The notes under the pieces: model-generated
Databases searched by the model: none
Told to the model about the DNA's origin: nothing
The model's input: the letters and a program-made list of their open reading frames with translations, nothing else
Translations under genes and position numbers: made by a program
Shown: in pieces, positions 38,783 through 48,567 of the stretch
Numbering within the stretch: position 1 is the first letter of the stretch
Layout of the letters: each line of letters opens with the position of its first letter
From: Treponemataceae bacterium
GTDB taxonomy: Bacteria > Spirochaetota > Spirochaetia > Treponematales > Rectinemataceae
Length of the DNA stretch: 64,000 nucleotides
Reading direction: 5' to 3'
Assembly: GCA_963678065.2 (NCBI GenBank)
Contig: CAXXVZ010000003.1
Coordinates: forward strand, 2,176,001 to 2,240,000

Positions 38783-41131
38783 ATGAATGAAAGGATCCGG
38801 AGACTCCGGAAGGAGAGCTTCGAGACAAAACCCTGGATTTCCGCGGAGCGCGCGCGCATACTCACGCGATGCTACAAGGAGAACGAAGGTAAAGTATCCA
38901 TTCCCGTCCTCAGGGCACTCTCCTTTGCGGCGCTCTGCGAGAGCAAGACGATCTACATCGGTTCCGACGATCTCATCGTCGGCGAGCGCGGCCCCTCGCC
39001 CAAGGGCACGCCGACCTACCCCGAGCTGACCTGCCACAGCCTCGAGGACCTCGAGATCCTCCGCACTCGTCCGATGACCTCCTACGATGTGCCCGAGGAG
39101 ACGATGGAAGCCTACCGCGACGAGATCATCCCGTACTGGCGGGGCAGATCGATCCGGGATATCGCCTTCGCCGAGTTGCCAAAAGAATGGACCGCCATGT
39201 ACGCGGCGGGAATGTTCACAGAATTCATGGAACAGCGCGCCGCAGGACACACCTCCATGGACGGAACTCTGTACCGGAAGGGTCTCGTCGAGCTGCGCGC
39301 GGAAATCGCCGTCGCGCTCGCGAATCTCGATCCGGCGAAACCGGAATCGCCGGCGGCGACCGAGGAACTCAGGGCGATGGATATCGCCTGCGCGGCCGCA
39401 ATCCGCTTCGCCGAGCGCCACGCGGAGAAGGCGTCGGCCATGGCTGCCGCCGAGCCTGATCCCCGGCGGGCACAGGAGCTTCGCCTCATAGCCGAGACCT
39501 GCTCGCGCGTGCCGGCCCAGGCCCCACGAACCTTCCACGAAGCCCTGCAGGCCTACTGGTTCGTCCATCTCGGAACGATAACCGAGCTCAACGGCTGGGA
39601 CGCGATGAACCCAGGCCATCTCGACCAGCACCTCGCGCCCTTCTACGAGCGGGACTGCGCCGCGGGCACCCTCGACAGAGAGAAGGCGAAGGAACTCCTC
39701 TCCTGCTTCTGGATCAAGGTGAACAACACTCCGGCCCCGCCCAAAGTCGGCGTGACCGCCGCAGAGAGCGGGACCTACAATGACTTCACGAATATCAACC
39801 TGGGCGGCCTCACGGCGGAGGGCAGGGATGGCTCGAGCGAGGTCTCCCTCATTATCCTCGAGGTGCTCGACGAGCTTCGGCTCCTCCAGCCCCAGGCCAA
39901 CGTCCAGGTTTCGGCGCGAACCCCCGACAGGATTCTGAAGGCGGCCTGCCGCGTCATCCGGAACGGATCGGGTTACCCTTCCCTCTTCAACGCCGACGAG
40001 ATCATCCTCGCCCAAGCCGCGATGGGGAAGACCCTCGCCGACGCGCGCGAGGGTGGCACGAGCGGGTGTATCGAGACGGGCTGTTTCGGCAAGGAGGCCT
40101 ACATCCTCCACGGCTACCTCAACGTTCCGAAGATCCTCGAACTCACCCTGAACGGTGGCCTCGATCCCCTGTCCGGCAAACGGGTCGGCATCCCGACTCA
40201 GGCCTTCTCCGATTTCGAGGGCTTGTACGCGGCTTTCGAGGCCCAGATCAGGCATGTCGTTGACTGGAAGGTCAGGATCAGCGAGGTCCTGGACGAGCTC
40301 TATGGCACGCACATGCCCGCGCCCTTCCTGTCGGTCTACATGGCGGACTGTCTCAAGAATGGAAAGGACTACTATTCGGGCGGCGCGCGCTACAACACCG
40401 ACTACATACAGTGCGTCGGGCTCGGAACGGTGACGGACAGCCTCGCCGTCATCAAGAAGCACGTCTTTGATGACCGGAAGTTCAGGCTGGAAGAGCTCCG
40501 GAGGGCGCTGGATGCGAACTGGACGGGCCACGAGATCATGAAGGCCGACATAAGCAATCACACGCCATTTTTCGGAAACGACGACGACTACGCCGACAGA
40601 CTCGCGGTGCGGGTCATGGACAGCCTCATCGAGGTCATAGAGGGGCGGAGCTCGTGGCGCGGCGGCGTCTACCATGTCGACATGCTCTCGACGACCTGCC
40701 ATGTCTATTTCGGTCTCAAGACGGGGGCGACGCCGGATGGCAGAAAGGCCTTCAGCCCGGAATCGGATGGCACGAGCCCCTCGCACGGCGCCGACCGGAG
40801 AGGGCCGACGGCCGTCATGAAGAGCCTCGGCAAACTGGATCAGGCGCGCACGGGGGGGACCCTCCTCAACCAGCGATTCCTCCCTGCCGCTCTGGCGGGC
40901 GAAGAGGGCATCGAGAACATGGCGAAGCTCGTGCGTGGCTACTTCAGGATGGGCGGACATCACGTCCAGTTCAACGTCGTGGACGAAGCCACTCTCCGCG
41001 ACGCGCAGAAGAGGCCGGAAAACTACCGGAACCTCCTCGTGCGCGTGGCGGGCTACTCGGACTACTTCGTCGACCTGGACAGCAATCACCAGGAAGAGAT
41101 CATCTCGAGGACGGCACAGGAATCGCTCTGA
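38783..41131 (+). CDS. hypD: Glycyl radical enzyme, trans-4-hydroxy-L-proline dehydratase type
   Basis: FTEFMEQRAAGHT, ELNGWDA, PAPPKVG, YNDF, GGTSGCIETGCFGKEAY, STTCH, RVAGYS. Confidence 0.85.
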   Translation: MNERIRRLRKESFETKPWISAERARILTRCYKENEGKVSIPVLRALSFAALCESKTIYIGSDDLIVGERGPSPKGTPTYPELTCHSLEDLEILRTRPMTSYDVPEETMEAYRDEIIPYWRGRSIRDIAFAELPKEWTAMYAAGMFTEFMEQRAAGHTSMDGTLYRKGLVELRAEIAVALANLDPAKPESPAATEELRAMDIACAAAIRFAERHAEKASAMAAAEPDPRRAQELRLIAETCSRVPAQAPRTFHEALQAYWFVHLGTITELNGWDAMNPGHLDQHLAPFYERDCAAGTLDREKAKELLSCFWIKVNNTPAPPKVGVTAAESGTYNDFTNINLGGLTAEGRDGSSEVSLIILEVLDELRLLQPQANVQVSARTPDRILKAACRVIRNGSGYPSLFNADEIILAQAAMGKTLADAREGGTSGCIETGCFGKEAYILHGYLNVPKILELTLNGGLDPLSGKRVGIPTQAFSDFEGLYAAFEAQIRHVVDWKVRISEVLDELYGTHMPAPFLSVYMADCLKNGKDYYSGGARYNTDYIQCVGLGTVTDSLAVIKKHVFDDRKFRLEELRRALDANWTGHEIMKADISNHTPFFGNDDDYADRLAVRVMDSLIEVIEGRSSWRGGVYHVDMLSTTCHVYFGLKTGATPDGRKAFSPESDGTSPSHGADRRGPTAVMKSLGKLDQARTGGTLLNQRFLPAALAGEEGIENMAKLVRGYFRMGGHHVQFNVVDEATLRDAQKRPENYRNLLVRVAGYSDYFVDLDSNHQEEIISRTAQESL

Positions 41132-41259
41132 ACAGGCTTTCGGGAAGAGGCGGGCGGGGGCAAACCGCACCCGCAATCGGCAGACGAGCTCCGTCGCATC
41201 CGGATACGTTCCGGCCGCGGCGGGGCTTCGTTTTGGGCCTGGCTGCCGACTGTGACTGG

Positions 41260-42744
41260 CTACCTGGCGAAGCCCTCGTAATCCGCTTCGGCGACAGGCT
41301 GGACCACGTCCTTCGACCCGAGTACGACCCAGATGAATTTGCCCCCGAGAATGTACTTGTCGAAGGCAAAGCGGATCTGGGGCGCCGTGACTGCGTCGAC
41401 GCGGTCGGTGTCGAGGAGATAGCTCCGGTAGTCGCCCGACTCGATCACGGAGGCGGCAATGCGGGAGGCGATGGCCCCATTCGTCTCCTGTGACTCGTAG
41501 TAGGAATTCTTGAACAGTGCCTTGTAGACCGGCAGGGCGGCTTCCACGGACATGCGCGGCTCCGGACCATCGGAGAAAGTCGGATCCACCGACATGCACT
41601 CGCCCCGTGCGAGAGAGGCGACAGCCTCGTCGAGATAGGCCTTGGCCTTGGCGGCGACTTTCGTCTTGTAGACGACGAGAGATCCGTAGTTCGCGCTGAA
41701 AGAGCGGATATAGGACGAGGGCGAGTAAGTGGCGCCGTACTTGTCGCGCATGACGTTGAAGAGGAGATCCGAAAGCATCTTCATAGCGATGTTCATCGGC
41801 ATGAAATCGGCGTCCTCGGGTGCAGGGGCGGGGAAATCACCCCGGATATAGCCGATACCCTTCGACTGTGGATACTCGGATTTGACGAGCCTGGAGGCTC
41901 CAGGACCCGCGAGCGCCGCCGGCATTCCCGGCAAGGCGAGGGATCTGCGCGCGATCGTGCCGAGGCTCGCCTCGAGTTCGGCCCGCAGGGCGACGGCGTC
42001 GAAATTTCCGACAGCGACCACGAACATCCGCTCCGCCGCGAACTGAGTGCCGTACCAGTCTTTCACCGCGGCGAGCGTGATTCTCCCGAGCGACTCCTTT
42101 GTCCCGTCCGGAGAGATGCCGTAGGGGTGCCCGGCGAGGAACTCCGCATTCGTGACGAGGCCGGTCTTGGACCAGGGATTCTGCTCCTTGGATTTCAGGG
42201 CAAGTTTCGCCTCGGAGAGAACCTGATCGAAGTCGGAAGCCAAGAGGGCCGGCGACACGAGAGTCTCGGCCCACACGGGGAAAAGTTTCGGGAAGTACTT
42301 GTCCAGGGTGTTGAGGCTGTAGCTCGAGTATTCGAAACTCGAGGCGGAGCCCATCCCCGACGAGGTTTCGTCGAGCAGAGCCTGGATGTCCTTGTAGGAA
42401 TGCCCCGTGGAGGCCCGCGCCATCGTGGCGAGACAGAGGGATTCGAGCCCCGCCATGGTGGGGTCCGCGAGGAGGGAGCCGCCGCGGATGACAAGGGAGA
42501 GGTGCTGTATCCTGTTCGCGTCGTTCCGTTTCACGATGACAGGTATGCCGTTGGACAGGGTGAAGGTCGAGAATTCCGCAAGACTCCTGCGGGCGAAATC
42601 CGAGAGGACGGCGTCCGGACCGAAGGCTGCCTCTTTGCTTCGGAAGGGAAAGTCCTCCTGTGCGGAAAGCGGGAGGATGCAGAGACAGAAAAGGGCGAGG
42701 GTCACGGCGACCAGGTTTCTCCGGCGGATCATGGTGGTGTACAT
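41260..42744 (-). CDS. M16 peptidase non-catalytic subunit, with signal peptide
   Basis: FTLSNGIPV, no HxxEH, RDKYGATY motif. Confidence 0.85.
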   Translation of the reverse strand: MYTTMIRRRNLVAVTLALFCLCILPLSAQEDFPFRSKEAAFGPDAVLSDFARRSLAEFSTFTLSNGIPVIVKRNDANRIQHLSLVIRGGSLLADPTMAGLESLCLATMARASTGHSYKDIQALLDETSSGMGSASSFEYSSYSLNTLDKYFPKLFPVWAETLVSPALLASDFDQVLSEAKLALKSKEQNPWSKTGLVTNAEFLAGHPYGISPDGTKESLGRITLAAVKDWYGTQFAAERMFVVAVGNFDAVALRAELEASLGTIARRSLALPGMPAALAGPGASRLVKSEYPQSKGIGYIRGDFPAPAPEDADFMPMNIAMKMLSDLLFNVMRDKYGATYSPSSYIRSFSANYGSLVVYKTKVAAKAKAYLDEAVASLARGECMSVDPTFSDGPEPRMSVEAALPVYKALFKNSYYESQETNGAIASRIAASVIESGDYRSYLLDTDRVDAVTAPQIRFAFDKYILGGKFIWVVLGSKDVVQPVAEADYEGFAR

Positions 42745-42755
42745 CGCGTTCCTCC

Positions 42756-44243
42756 TCATTTCTGCCACCAGAAGGCGGCTTCCGGATCGACCTCGGAATA
42801 CCCGAGTGCGGCTTCCCTCTCCTTCATGGCCCCATCGGCCGCAAAGGCTTTGCTGTTGAGTCTCAGCATCGACGCGACGGGCGCCTCGGCGAGGTAGCGG
42901 CCGATCAGATCGGAGATGTCGGCGAAACTCACTTTGGAGCAGTTTTCTTCGTAGCCGAAGAAATAATCGGTCGTGGCGACCGACCACCAGAAACTGAGCG
43001 TGCCCGTGACAAAGGAGCCGGCCTTCTCCATCGAAAGCAGGTTCTGGTCGATCAGCTTGGTCTTGGCCTTGGCGAGCTCTTCCTCGCCGAAGTAAGCGGC
43101 GGGATCTGCCGCGATCGTCTTGAACTCTTCTGTCACGAGGGCGCGGAGGGCTTCCACCCTGTCGAGCGAAGGGCCATCATCAGCGGGATTCTGAAGCAGC
43201 ATGTACGTGGAGAAAGAGTAGGCGCCACCGTCGCGGGCCGTCGGATAGTTGAAGGAGATGTACTCGGGGTCGTAGAGACCTGGTCCATTCTCCATGAGCG
43301 TCGTCTTGAATCGACCCACGGGCGAGGACAAAAGGAACAAAAGGACATCGGAGGTGTAGGTGTCCTTCGTCTGCCTGAGAACGTCAGGTCCGCGCCAGCG
43401 GTACTGGACGCTGGCAACACCGTCGTAGAAATTGTCGTCGGAATAGACGAGTTTCAGGTCGCGGGGGAAAGGTCCGTGGGGCGGTTCGCCGATGATCGGC
43501 TTGTCCCCGCCTTCCCAGTCGCCGAACCATTTCTGCGCGAGCGCGAAGGCAGTCTCGGGGTCGACGTCGCCGCCGATCATGAGGGCGGTGTTCTTCGGGA
43601 TGTAGTACGCGGCTCGGATGGCCTCGAGTTGAGCGGGCGTGGCACCCTCGATATTCGCCTCGGGGCCGTCGATGTTCTTCCGCCAGGGGAAGTCCCTGTA
43701 CAGACGGGATTCGAGGGCATTGGACGCGATATGGTTCGGGTCGGTGTGGTAACCCCTGATCTCGTTGATGACGACGCTCTTCTCTTTTTCCAGCTTCTCC
43801 GGATCGAAGACGGGCCGCTCGATGGCCCATGACCAGAACTCGATCCCTTCGGAGAGACGATCCGAGGGCACGGTGATATAGTAGTTGATGTACTCGTCGC
43901 CGGTCGCGCCATTCCAGTTGGATACGCCGAGCCGGTTGAGGGCCGCAGTAAAGGCCGCCTGGTTCGTGTACTTTTCGTTGCCGTCGAACATCATGTGCTC
44001 GTAGAGGTGGAAGAGTCCTGCGGTCTCCGGGCTGTGGGCCGAGGCTCCCCCACGGAAGACGACGCAGACGGTGGCGAGGGGAACGGCGCGGTTCGTCTCC
44101 ACAAAGACTTCGAGTCCGTTGGAAAGGACGCGGTGTGCGACGGGAAGTTTGTCCTCCGCCGCGAAGAGCGCCGGGGCGGACAGAATGAAAAGCGCGAAGA
44201 GAAGGAGGGACGCCAGCTTCCTTTTCCCGGGATTGTACTTCAT
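42756..44243 (-). CDS. M16 (pitrilysin-family) zinc peptidase catalytic subunit, with signal peptide
   Basis: LSNGLEV, GLFHLYEHMMF (HxxEH), EKSVVINE. Confidence 0.9.
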   Translation of the reverse strand: MKYNPGKRKLASLLLFALFILSAPALFAAEDKLPVAHRVLSNGLEVFVETNRAVPLATVCVVFRGGASAHSPETAGLFHLYEHMMFDGNEKYTNQAAFTAALNRLGVSNWNGATGDEYINYYITVPSDRLSEGIEFWSWAIERPVFDPEKLEKEKSVVINEIRGYHTDPNHIASNALESRLYRDFPWRKNIDGPEANIEGATPAQLEAIRAAYYIPKNTALMIGGDVDPETAFALAQKWFGDWEGGDKPIIGEPPHGPFPRDLKLVYSDDNFYDGVASVQYRWRGPDVLRQTKDTYTSDVLLFLLSSPVGRFKTTLMENGPGLYDPEYISFNYPTARDGGAYSFSTYMLLQNPADDGPSLDRVEALRALVTEEFKTIAADPAAYFGEEELAKAKTKLIDQNLLSMEKAGSFVTGTLSFWWSVATTDYFFGYEENCSKVSFADISDLIGRYLAEAPVASMLRLNSKAFAADGAMKEREAALGYSEVDPEAAFWWQK

Positions 44244-44339
44244 GCCATTACTCCTCAGACTGCGCTCCGAATCCAATGAATCCGCGAGCCCACAGCCACG
44301 CTGCGGGGTATGAAAACCCCTTCCGAATCAGGATCAGAA

Positions 44340-44792
44340 TCAGGAACCGTAGAAAAGCGATGCGAGGGCCTCCGCCGTCGGGGCATCCTCGAAGCTCGAC
44401 CTGAAGGCGGAATCGTGGAAAAGCCTCGCGATTTTGGACAGGATCTGAAGATGGGTCCCTGTGGACTCCTTCGGGCCCGCGGACAGAACGACGATGGTGA
44501 CGGGTACGCCATCCAGAGAGGCGAAATCCACCGGGCGCTTGAGACGGCAGACGGCCATCATGTTCCGGACAGTGGCGTCCGTGAGGGCGTGGGGGATCGC
44601 GATCCCCTCTCCCACACCCGTCGAGACGAGCTTCTCCCGCTCGATCAGGTCGTGGAGGAGGCGGGCCGGGTCGGAGACGAGGCCGGCCGCGCCGAGCATA
44701 CCCGACATGATCGAGAGAATTTCGTCCCTGTCCCTGGCCTCGACATCGACCGCGATGCAGGAGGAAGGGAGCAACGAGCGGAAATCGATCAT
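44340..44792 (-). CDS. PTS EIIA (fructose/Ntr-type) domain protein
   Basis: EREKLVSTGVGEGIAIPHA, DFASLDG, HLQILSKIAR. Confidence 0.9.
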   Translation of the reverse strand: MIDFRSLLPSSCIAVDVEARDRDEILSIMSGMLGAAGLVSDPARLLHDLIEREKLVSTGVGEGIAIPHALTDATVRNMMAVCRLKRPVDFASLDGVPVTIVVLSAGPKESTGTHLQILSKIARLFHDSAFRSSFEDAPTAEALASLFYGS

Positions 44793-45139
44793 GAGCAAGC
44801 CTCCTGAAAATCCTGCCCCAGCGTCGACCAATCGATGGGCAGAGTAAACATGACCCCTGTGCCGGCCTTGCCGAAACCGCCGACAACCTCGCTGATGAGC
44901 TTCTTGAGGTTGCCGAGGACTTCCTCGTCCCTGATCACGGAGAGGATGGTCTTGTTGTGCGGTTTGTTGCCCTTCATGAAATCCTTGAAATCGGCGAAGA
45001 GCGGCACCTCGCAGGCGAGAAAGCGCCCCATTCCTTCCGAATCGAGGATGGTCGCTCCCGTGACTCCGGCTTCGAGGTAGGCCTCGAGGACGGATTCGAG
45101 CAGCTCTTCCTTATTGAGAATGAAAACGAGCAGTTTCAT
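44789..45139 (-). CDS. P-II-like protein
   Basis: MKLLVFILN...GVTGATILDSEGMG...GTGVMFTLPID; overlaps the EIIA start. Confidence 0.75.
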   Translation of the reverse strand: MKLLVFILNKEELLESVLEAYLEAGVTGATILDSEGMGRFLACEVPLFADFKDFMKGNKPHNKTILSVIRDEEVLGNLKKLISEVVGGFGKAGTGVMFTLPIDWSTLGQDFQEACS

Positions 45140-45260
45140 CTGTGTCCACCTGAGAGGAGTATCAGCCATGGGGAACGGCAATGTCAAGAAAGACTGTCGC
45201 GGGGCGCGCGAAAAGGCCGCCGACATTGACTCCGGCCCATCCCGTGACTATTATGCCGCA

Positions 45261-45986
45261 ATGCGGCGGAAACGGCTTGTGATCGTGAAGACGGGCAGCA
45301 CCATGCCCGCGCTCGCGGCGAAACTCGGCGATTTCGAGGATTGGACGGTGAAAGGAATGGGACCGGAGGGCGATACCGCCGACGTCGTGGACGTACGTAG
45401 CGGCGCCACACTGCCCGACCGTGAGTTCGCGGCCGGCATCGTCGTCACGGGTTCGCACGACATGGTCACGGAGCGCCTCGAGTGGAGCGAGAGGACGGCG
45501 GCCTGGCTCGCCGAATGTGTCGGGCAGGGAATCCCTGTTCTCGGGATATGCTATGGGCATCAGCTCCTCGCCCACGCATTGGGAGGCCTGGTCGCCGACA
45601 ACCCCGCAGGCCGCGAGTTCGGCACGAGGACAGTCAAAATCCTGCCCGAGGCGGCTGACGACCCTCTCCTCGGCGGCTTCGGAGACTCCATCCGCGTGCA
45701 TCTCTGTCACACACAGTCCGTTATCGGCCTCCCGCAAGGCGCTGTAAGGCTGGCTTCGAGCTCCATGGACCCGAATCAGGCATTCAGGCTGGGAAAAAGT
45801 GCCTGGGGCCTGCAGTTCCACCCCGAATTTCCGGCAGCCGCCATGCGCGCCTACGTGCGCGAGTACGCGAAGATCCTCGCGGCAGAGGGCGGGGACCCTC
45901 TCCGCCTGGAAGCGGAGAGCGAAGACAGTCCCTACGGCGACGCGATTCTCCACCGCTTCGCGGCCATCGCGGCGGCGCGGTCTTAA
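45261..45986 (+). CDS. Class I glutamine amidotransferase-like protein
   Basis: VTGS, GICYGHQLLA (Cys), QFHPE (His/Glu). Confidence 0.9.
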   Translation: MRRKRLVIVKTGSTMPALAAKLGDFEDWTVKGMGPEGDTADVVDVRSGATLPDREFAAGIVVTGSHDMVTERLEWSERTAAWLAECVGQGIPVLGICYGHQLLAHALGGLVADNPAGREFGTRTVKILPEAADDPLLGGFGDSIRVHLCHTQSVIGLPQGAVRLASSSMDPNQAFRLGKSAWGLQFHPEFPAAAMRAYVREYAKILAAEGGDPLRLEAESEDSPYGDAILHRFAAIAAARS

Positions 45987-46086
45987 GGGTGGGACCTGAG
46001 CTCAGGCCTGAGCTGCAGTCATCCGAAGCTGCCCCACCCGGGGACCTGAACGCGGTGGCGGGATCGCGAGTATGGCGCCGCCCGCG

Positions 46087-46932
46087 TCATACCGCGGAAC
46101 TGCCGGATTTCACGTGTATGTCCATCTGAGGATAGGGAATGACGATGTTTTCTTCCTTAAATACGCTGATGATGTCAGTGTAGATCGAGTTCTTGACCCC
46201 CATGAAATCGTAGCGCTCGAACCAGACTCCGAACATGATGTCGATGCCGGAGGGAGAAAACTTGTCGACGACGATGTAGGGCTCGGGATTGTCGAGGACG
46301 TGGATGTTGTCGGTGGCTATCCTCGCGAGGGTGGCGAGGATTTTCTGCACCTCGCACGAGTAGGGCACGGTGATGGAGATGTCGAGCCTGCGGATCGGAT
46401 AGCGCGTGATGTTGACGACATTGGACTTGATGATGGTCTCGTTCGGGATCCTGACGAAGCGGTTGTCGAAAGTCTGTATTTTGATGGAGAGGAAATCGAT
46501 GGACATGACCGTGCCCGCCACATCGCCGACTGTGAGGACATCGCCCACGGCGAAGGGTTTTTCCGCAATGAGGAAGACGCCCGAAATGACATTCGAGACA
46601 GAGGTCTGAGCCGCGAAGCCGATCGCGATTCCCGCGATTCCCGCCGCACTGAGGAGTCCGGAGATATCGATCCCGAGCTTGTCGAAGACGACGAGGCAGA
46701 CCACGACGAAGCCCGTGTAGCGGATGAACTTGCGCACGAGCATGGCCGACTGGACCGAGAGCCGCCCCTTGGCGAGGCGCGCCGTCACGACCTGAATCAC
46801 CTTGAAAATGAAGATTATGACGAGGACGAGAGCCACAGCCAGTATAGTTTTCTGGAGCGCTTCGCCTTTGAGGGGCGCTGTCACCGTCTGAGCGATCGTA
46901 TCGAATATCGTGCCGAAATTCATTTTTCCCAC
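46087..46932 (-). CDS. Small-conductance mechanosensitive channel (MscS family)
   Basis: AGIAGIAIGFAAQTSVSNVISG, KPFAVGD, RIPNE, IPYPQ. Confidence 0.92.
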   Translation of the reverse strand: MGKMNFGTIFDTIAQTVTAPLKGEALQKTILAVALVLVIIFIFKVIQVVTARLAKGRLSVQSAMLVRKFIRYTGFVVVCLVVFDKLGIDISGLLSAAGIAGIAIGFAAQTSVSNVISGVFLIAEKPFAVGDVLTVGDVAGTVMSIDFLSIKIQTFDNRFVRIPNETIIKSNVVNITRYPIRRLDISITVPYSCEVQKILATLARIATDNIHVLDNPEPYIVVDKFSPSGIDIMFGVWFERYDFMGVKNSIYTDIISVFKEENIVIPYPQMDIHVKSGSSAV

Positions 46933-46933
46933 C

Positions 46934-47716
46934 TCACATGCCGGTAATGGTGCGCAGGAAGGCGACTCCCCTCCTGACGAGGAGTTCGCTCTGCCGCATC
47001 CTGGCCGGAGAGAGAAGGCGTGAACCCTTGGGAAGGGCTCCGCCGGAGACTGTCATCTTGAGACTCCCGTCGACGAGGCCTTCGACGACGATATTGTCGG
47101 TCCGCAGGAAGCCTGTCTCATCGCGGATGCGCAGGAGATCGGTGTAGACCGCGATCTGCCTGAACTCGAGGGTGCTCCGCGAGTGGTTCTTGACCGTGAT
47201 CCCGCACTTGATGAGGCTTCTGTGAGCCGGGGTCGCGTCGGAGCCCTTGATCGATTCGCCCTTGCACAGGGGATCGAGGTTCGTCTTCAGCGAGTAGCAG
47301 AGCGTGCCGCCGGTCTTGTCCCCGAACCAGGTATTGGAAAGAATGAAGGGAGTAATCTCCTCGATCATCGCGCCCTTTTCCGTTTCGAGTCTGAGAAAGA
47401 CAGGGAGGTCGACAAAAAACTCCGCCTGCGCGCCGTCGAGGATGTTGACGGTGTTGGTGGCGGCGATGAGGAAGGGCCTGTCGGGCATGACTGGCCTGAG
47501 CCCCGCCTTCTCTCCGGGCGAGATATTGACCATGACCTCGCCGCGCCCAGGCTCCGCCGAGGGTTCCGGGCCGAAGGAGCTGCCGTCGAGATTCTCCATC
47601 TTCGTGCGGTTCACGACCGTGCGCCACTCTTCGCCTGTCTTCTTGAGGAAGAACTCAGAGCCGTCGAGATGCCAGCGGTACCACGTTCCGTCCTCGAACT
47701 TGTGAAATTCCCACAT
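46934..47716 (-). CDS. DUF432-like protein
   Basis: LRPVMPDRP, FFVDLPV, LSNTWFG..GTLCY; coupled to MscS. Confidence 0.65.
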   Translation of the reverse strand: MWEFHKFEDGTWYRWHLDGSEFFLKKTGEEWRTVVNRTKMENLDGSSFGPEPSAEPGRGEVMVNISPGEKAGLRPVMPDRPFLIAATNTVNILDGAQAEFFVDLPVFLRLETEKGAMIEEITPFILSNTWFGDKTGGTLCYSLKTNLDPLCKGESIKGSDATPAHRSLIKCGITVKNHSRSTLEFRQIAVYTDLLRIRDETGFLRTDNIVVEGLVDGSLKMTVSGGALPKGSRLLSPARMRQSELLVRRGVAFLRTITGM

Positions 47717-47846
47717 AAAATCGACGATATCCGATTTTCATATCCCGCGGAAGGGTCATCCGCCAGTCAGTTTTCCGTTGAGGCAATGCGGGGGCTTGAC
47801 TCTGTGACAGTGTATATATAGATTTCCATATACAAAGGAGTGCGCG

Positions 47847-48203
47847 ATGTCGGAATACATGACAAAAGAAAGTTTCATCGAAAAAGTCTTCGATTTCGAG
47901 AATGAGAAGGAATGGAAATACAAAGGCGATCTGCCGGCGATCATCGACTTCTACGCCGACTGGTGCGGGCCCTGCAAGATGGTCTCGCCGGTTCTCGATG
48001 CCCTGTCCTCAGAGTATGAGGGCAGGCTCGCCATATACAAGGTCAATACTGACAAGGAACAGGAACTGTCCATGGCCTTCGGCATCCAGAGCATCCCCTC
48101 GCTGCTCTTCATACCCAAGGAAGGACAGCCTCAGATGGCCCAGGGAGCCCTGCCCAAGCCTACACTCAAGAAGGCCATCAAGGATGTGCTCCAGGTCGAA
48201 TGA
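47847..48203 (+). CDS. trxA: Thioredoxin
   Basis: DFYADWCGPCK, SIP; AAGGAG RBS; TTGACT-N17-TAGATT promoter. Confidence 0.96.
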   Translation: MSEYMTKESFIEKVFDFENEKEWKYKGDLPAIIDFYADWCGPCKMVSPVLDALSSEYEGRLAIYKVNTDKEQELSMAFGIQSIPSLLFIPKEGQPQMAQGALPKPTLKKAIKDVLQVE

Positions 48204-48289
48204 GACCGGGGAGTCAGCCCGGCCGGTGTCCCGTCATCCCGCCGGGCATCGGGCCGGGGCCCTTGCAATAGCCGGTCTTTGCCGACAGA

Positions 48290-48529
48290 ATGACTGCCGA
48301 GATGAAACAAAAACGCTCGTGGCTCTTGGTCGCCGCGCTGGGTGCAGGCATTGCCATCATCGGCTATACGGTCCTCCGGGAGATTTTCGGAATTTCTCTC
48401 GGGGAGCGATTCGAAAAAGGATTTTTCGACGCCATTTTTGTCCTGGCGATCGGACTGGTGTTGATTAACCGGAAACTCGTCAGCGACGAAAAGAAAACGG
48501 AACAGAAGGACAGCAGCGCGGAAAAATAA
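48290..48529 (+). CDS. Small two-TM hypothetical protein (start may be 48302)
   Basis: Two hydrophobic segments and a charged tail; fills the gap between genes. Confidence 0.6.
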   Translation: MTAEMKQKRSWLLVAALGAGIAIIGYTVLREIFGISLGERFEKGFFDAIFVLAIGLVLINRKLVSDEKKTEQKDSSAEK

Positions 48530-48567
48530 CAGATTGCCGGCTCTGCATAATCTGTTACACTCATTGA

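Noticed and set aside
38636..41599. 987-aa antisense ORF over hypD
   Set aside because: Shadow frame of a GC3-rich gene; no motifs and a biased composition
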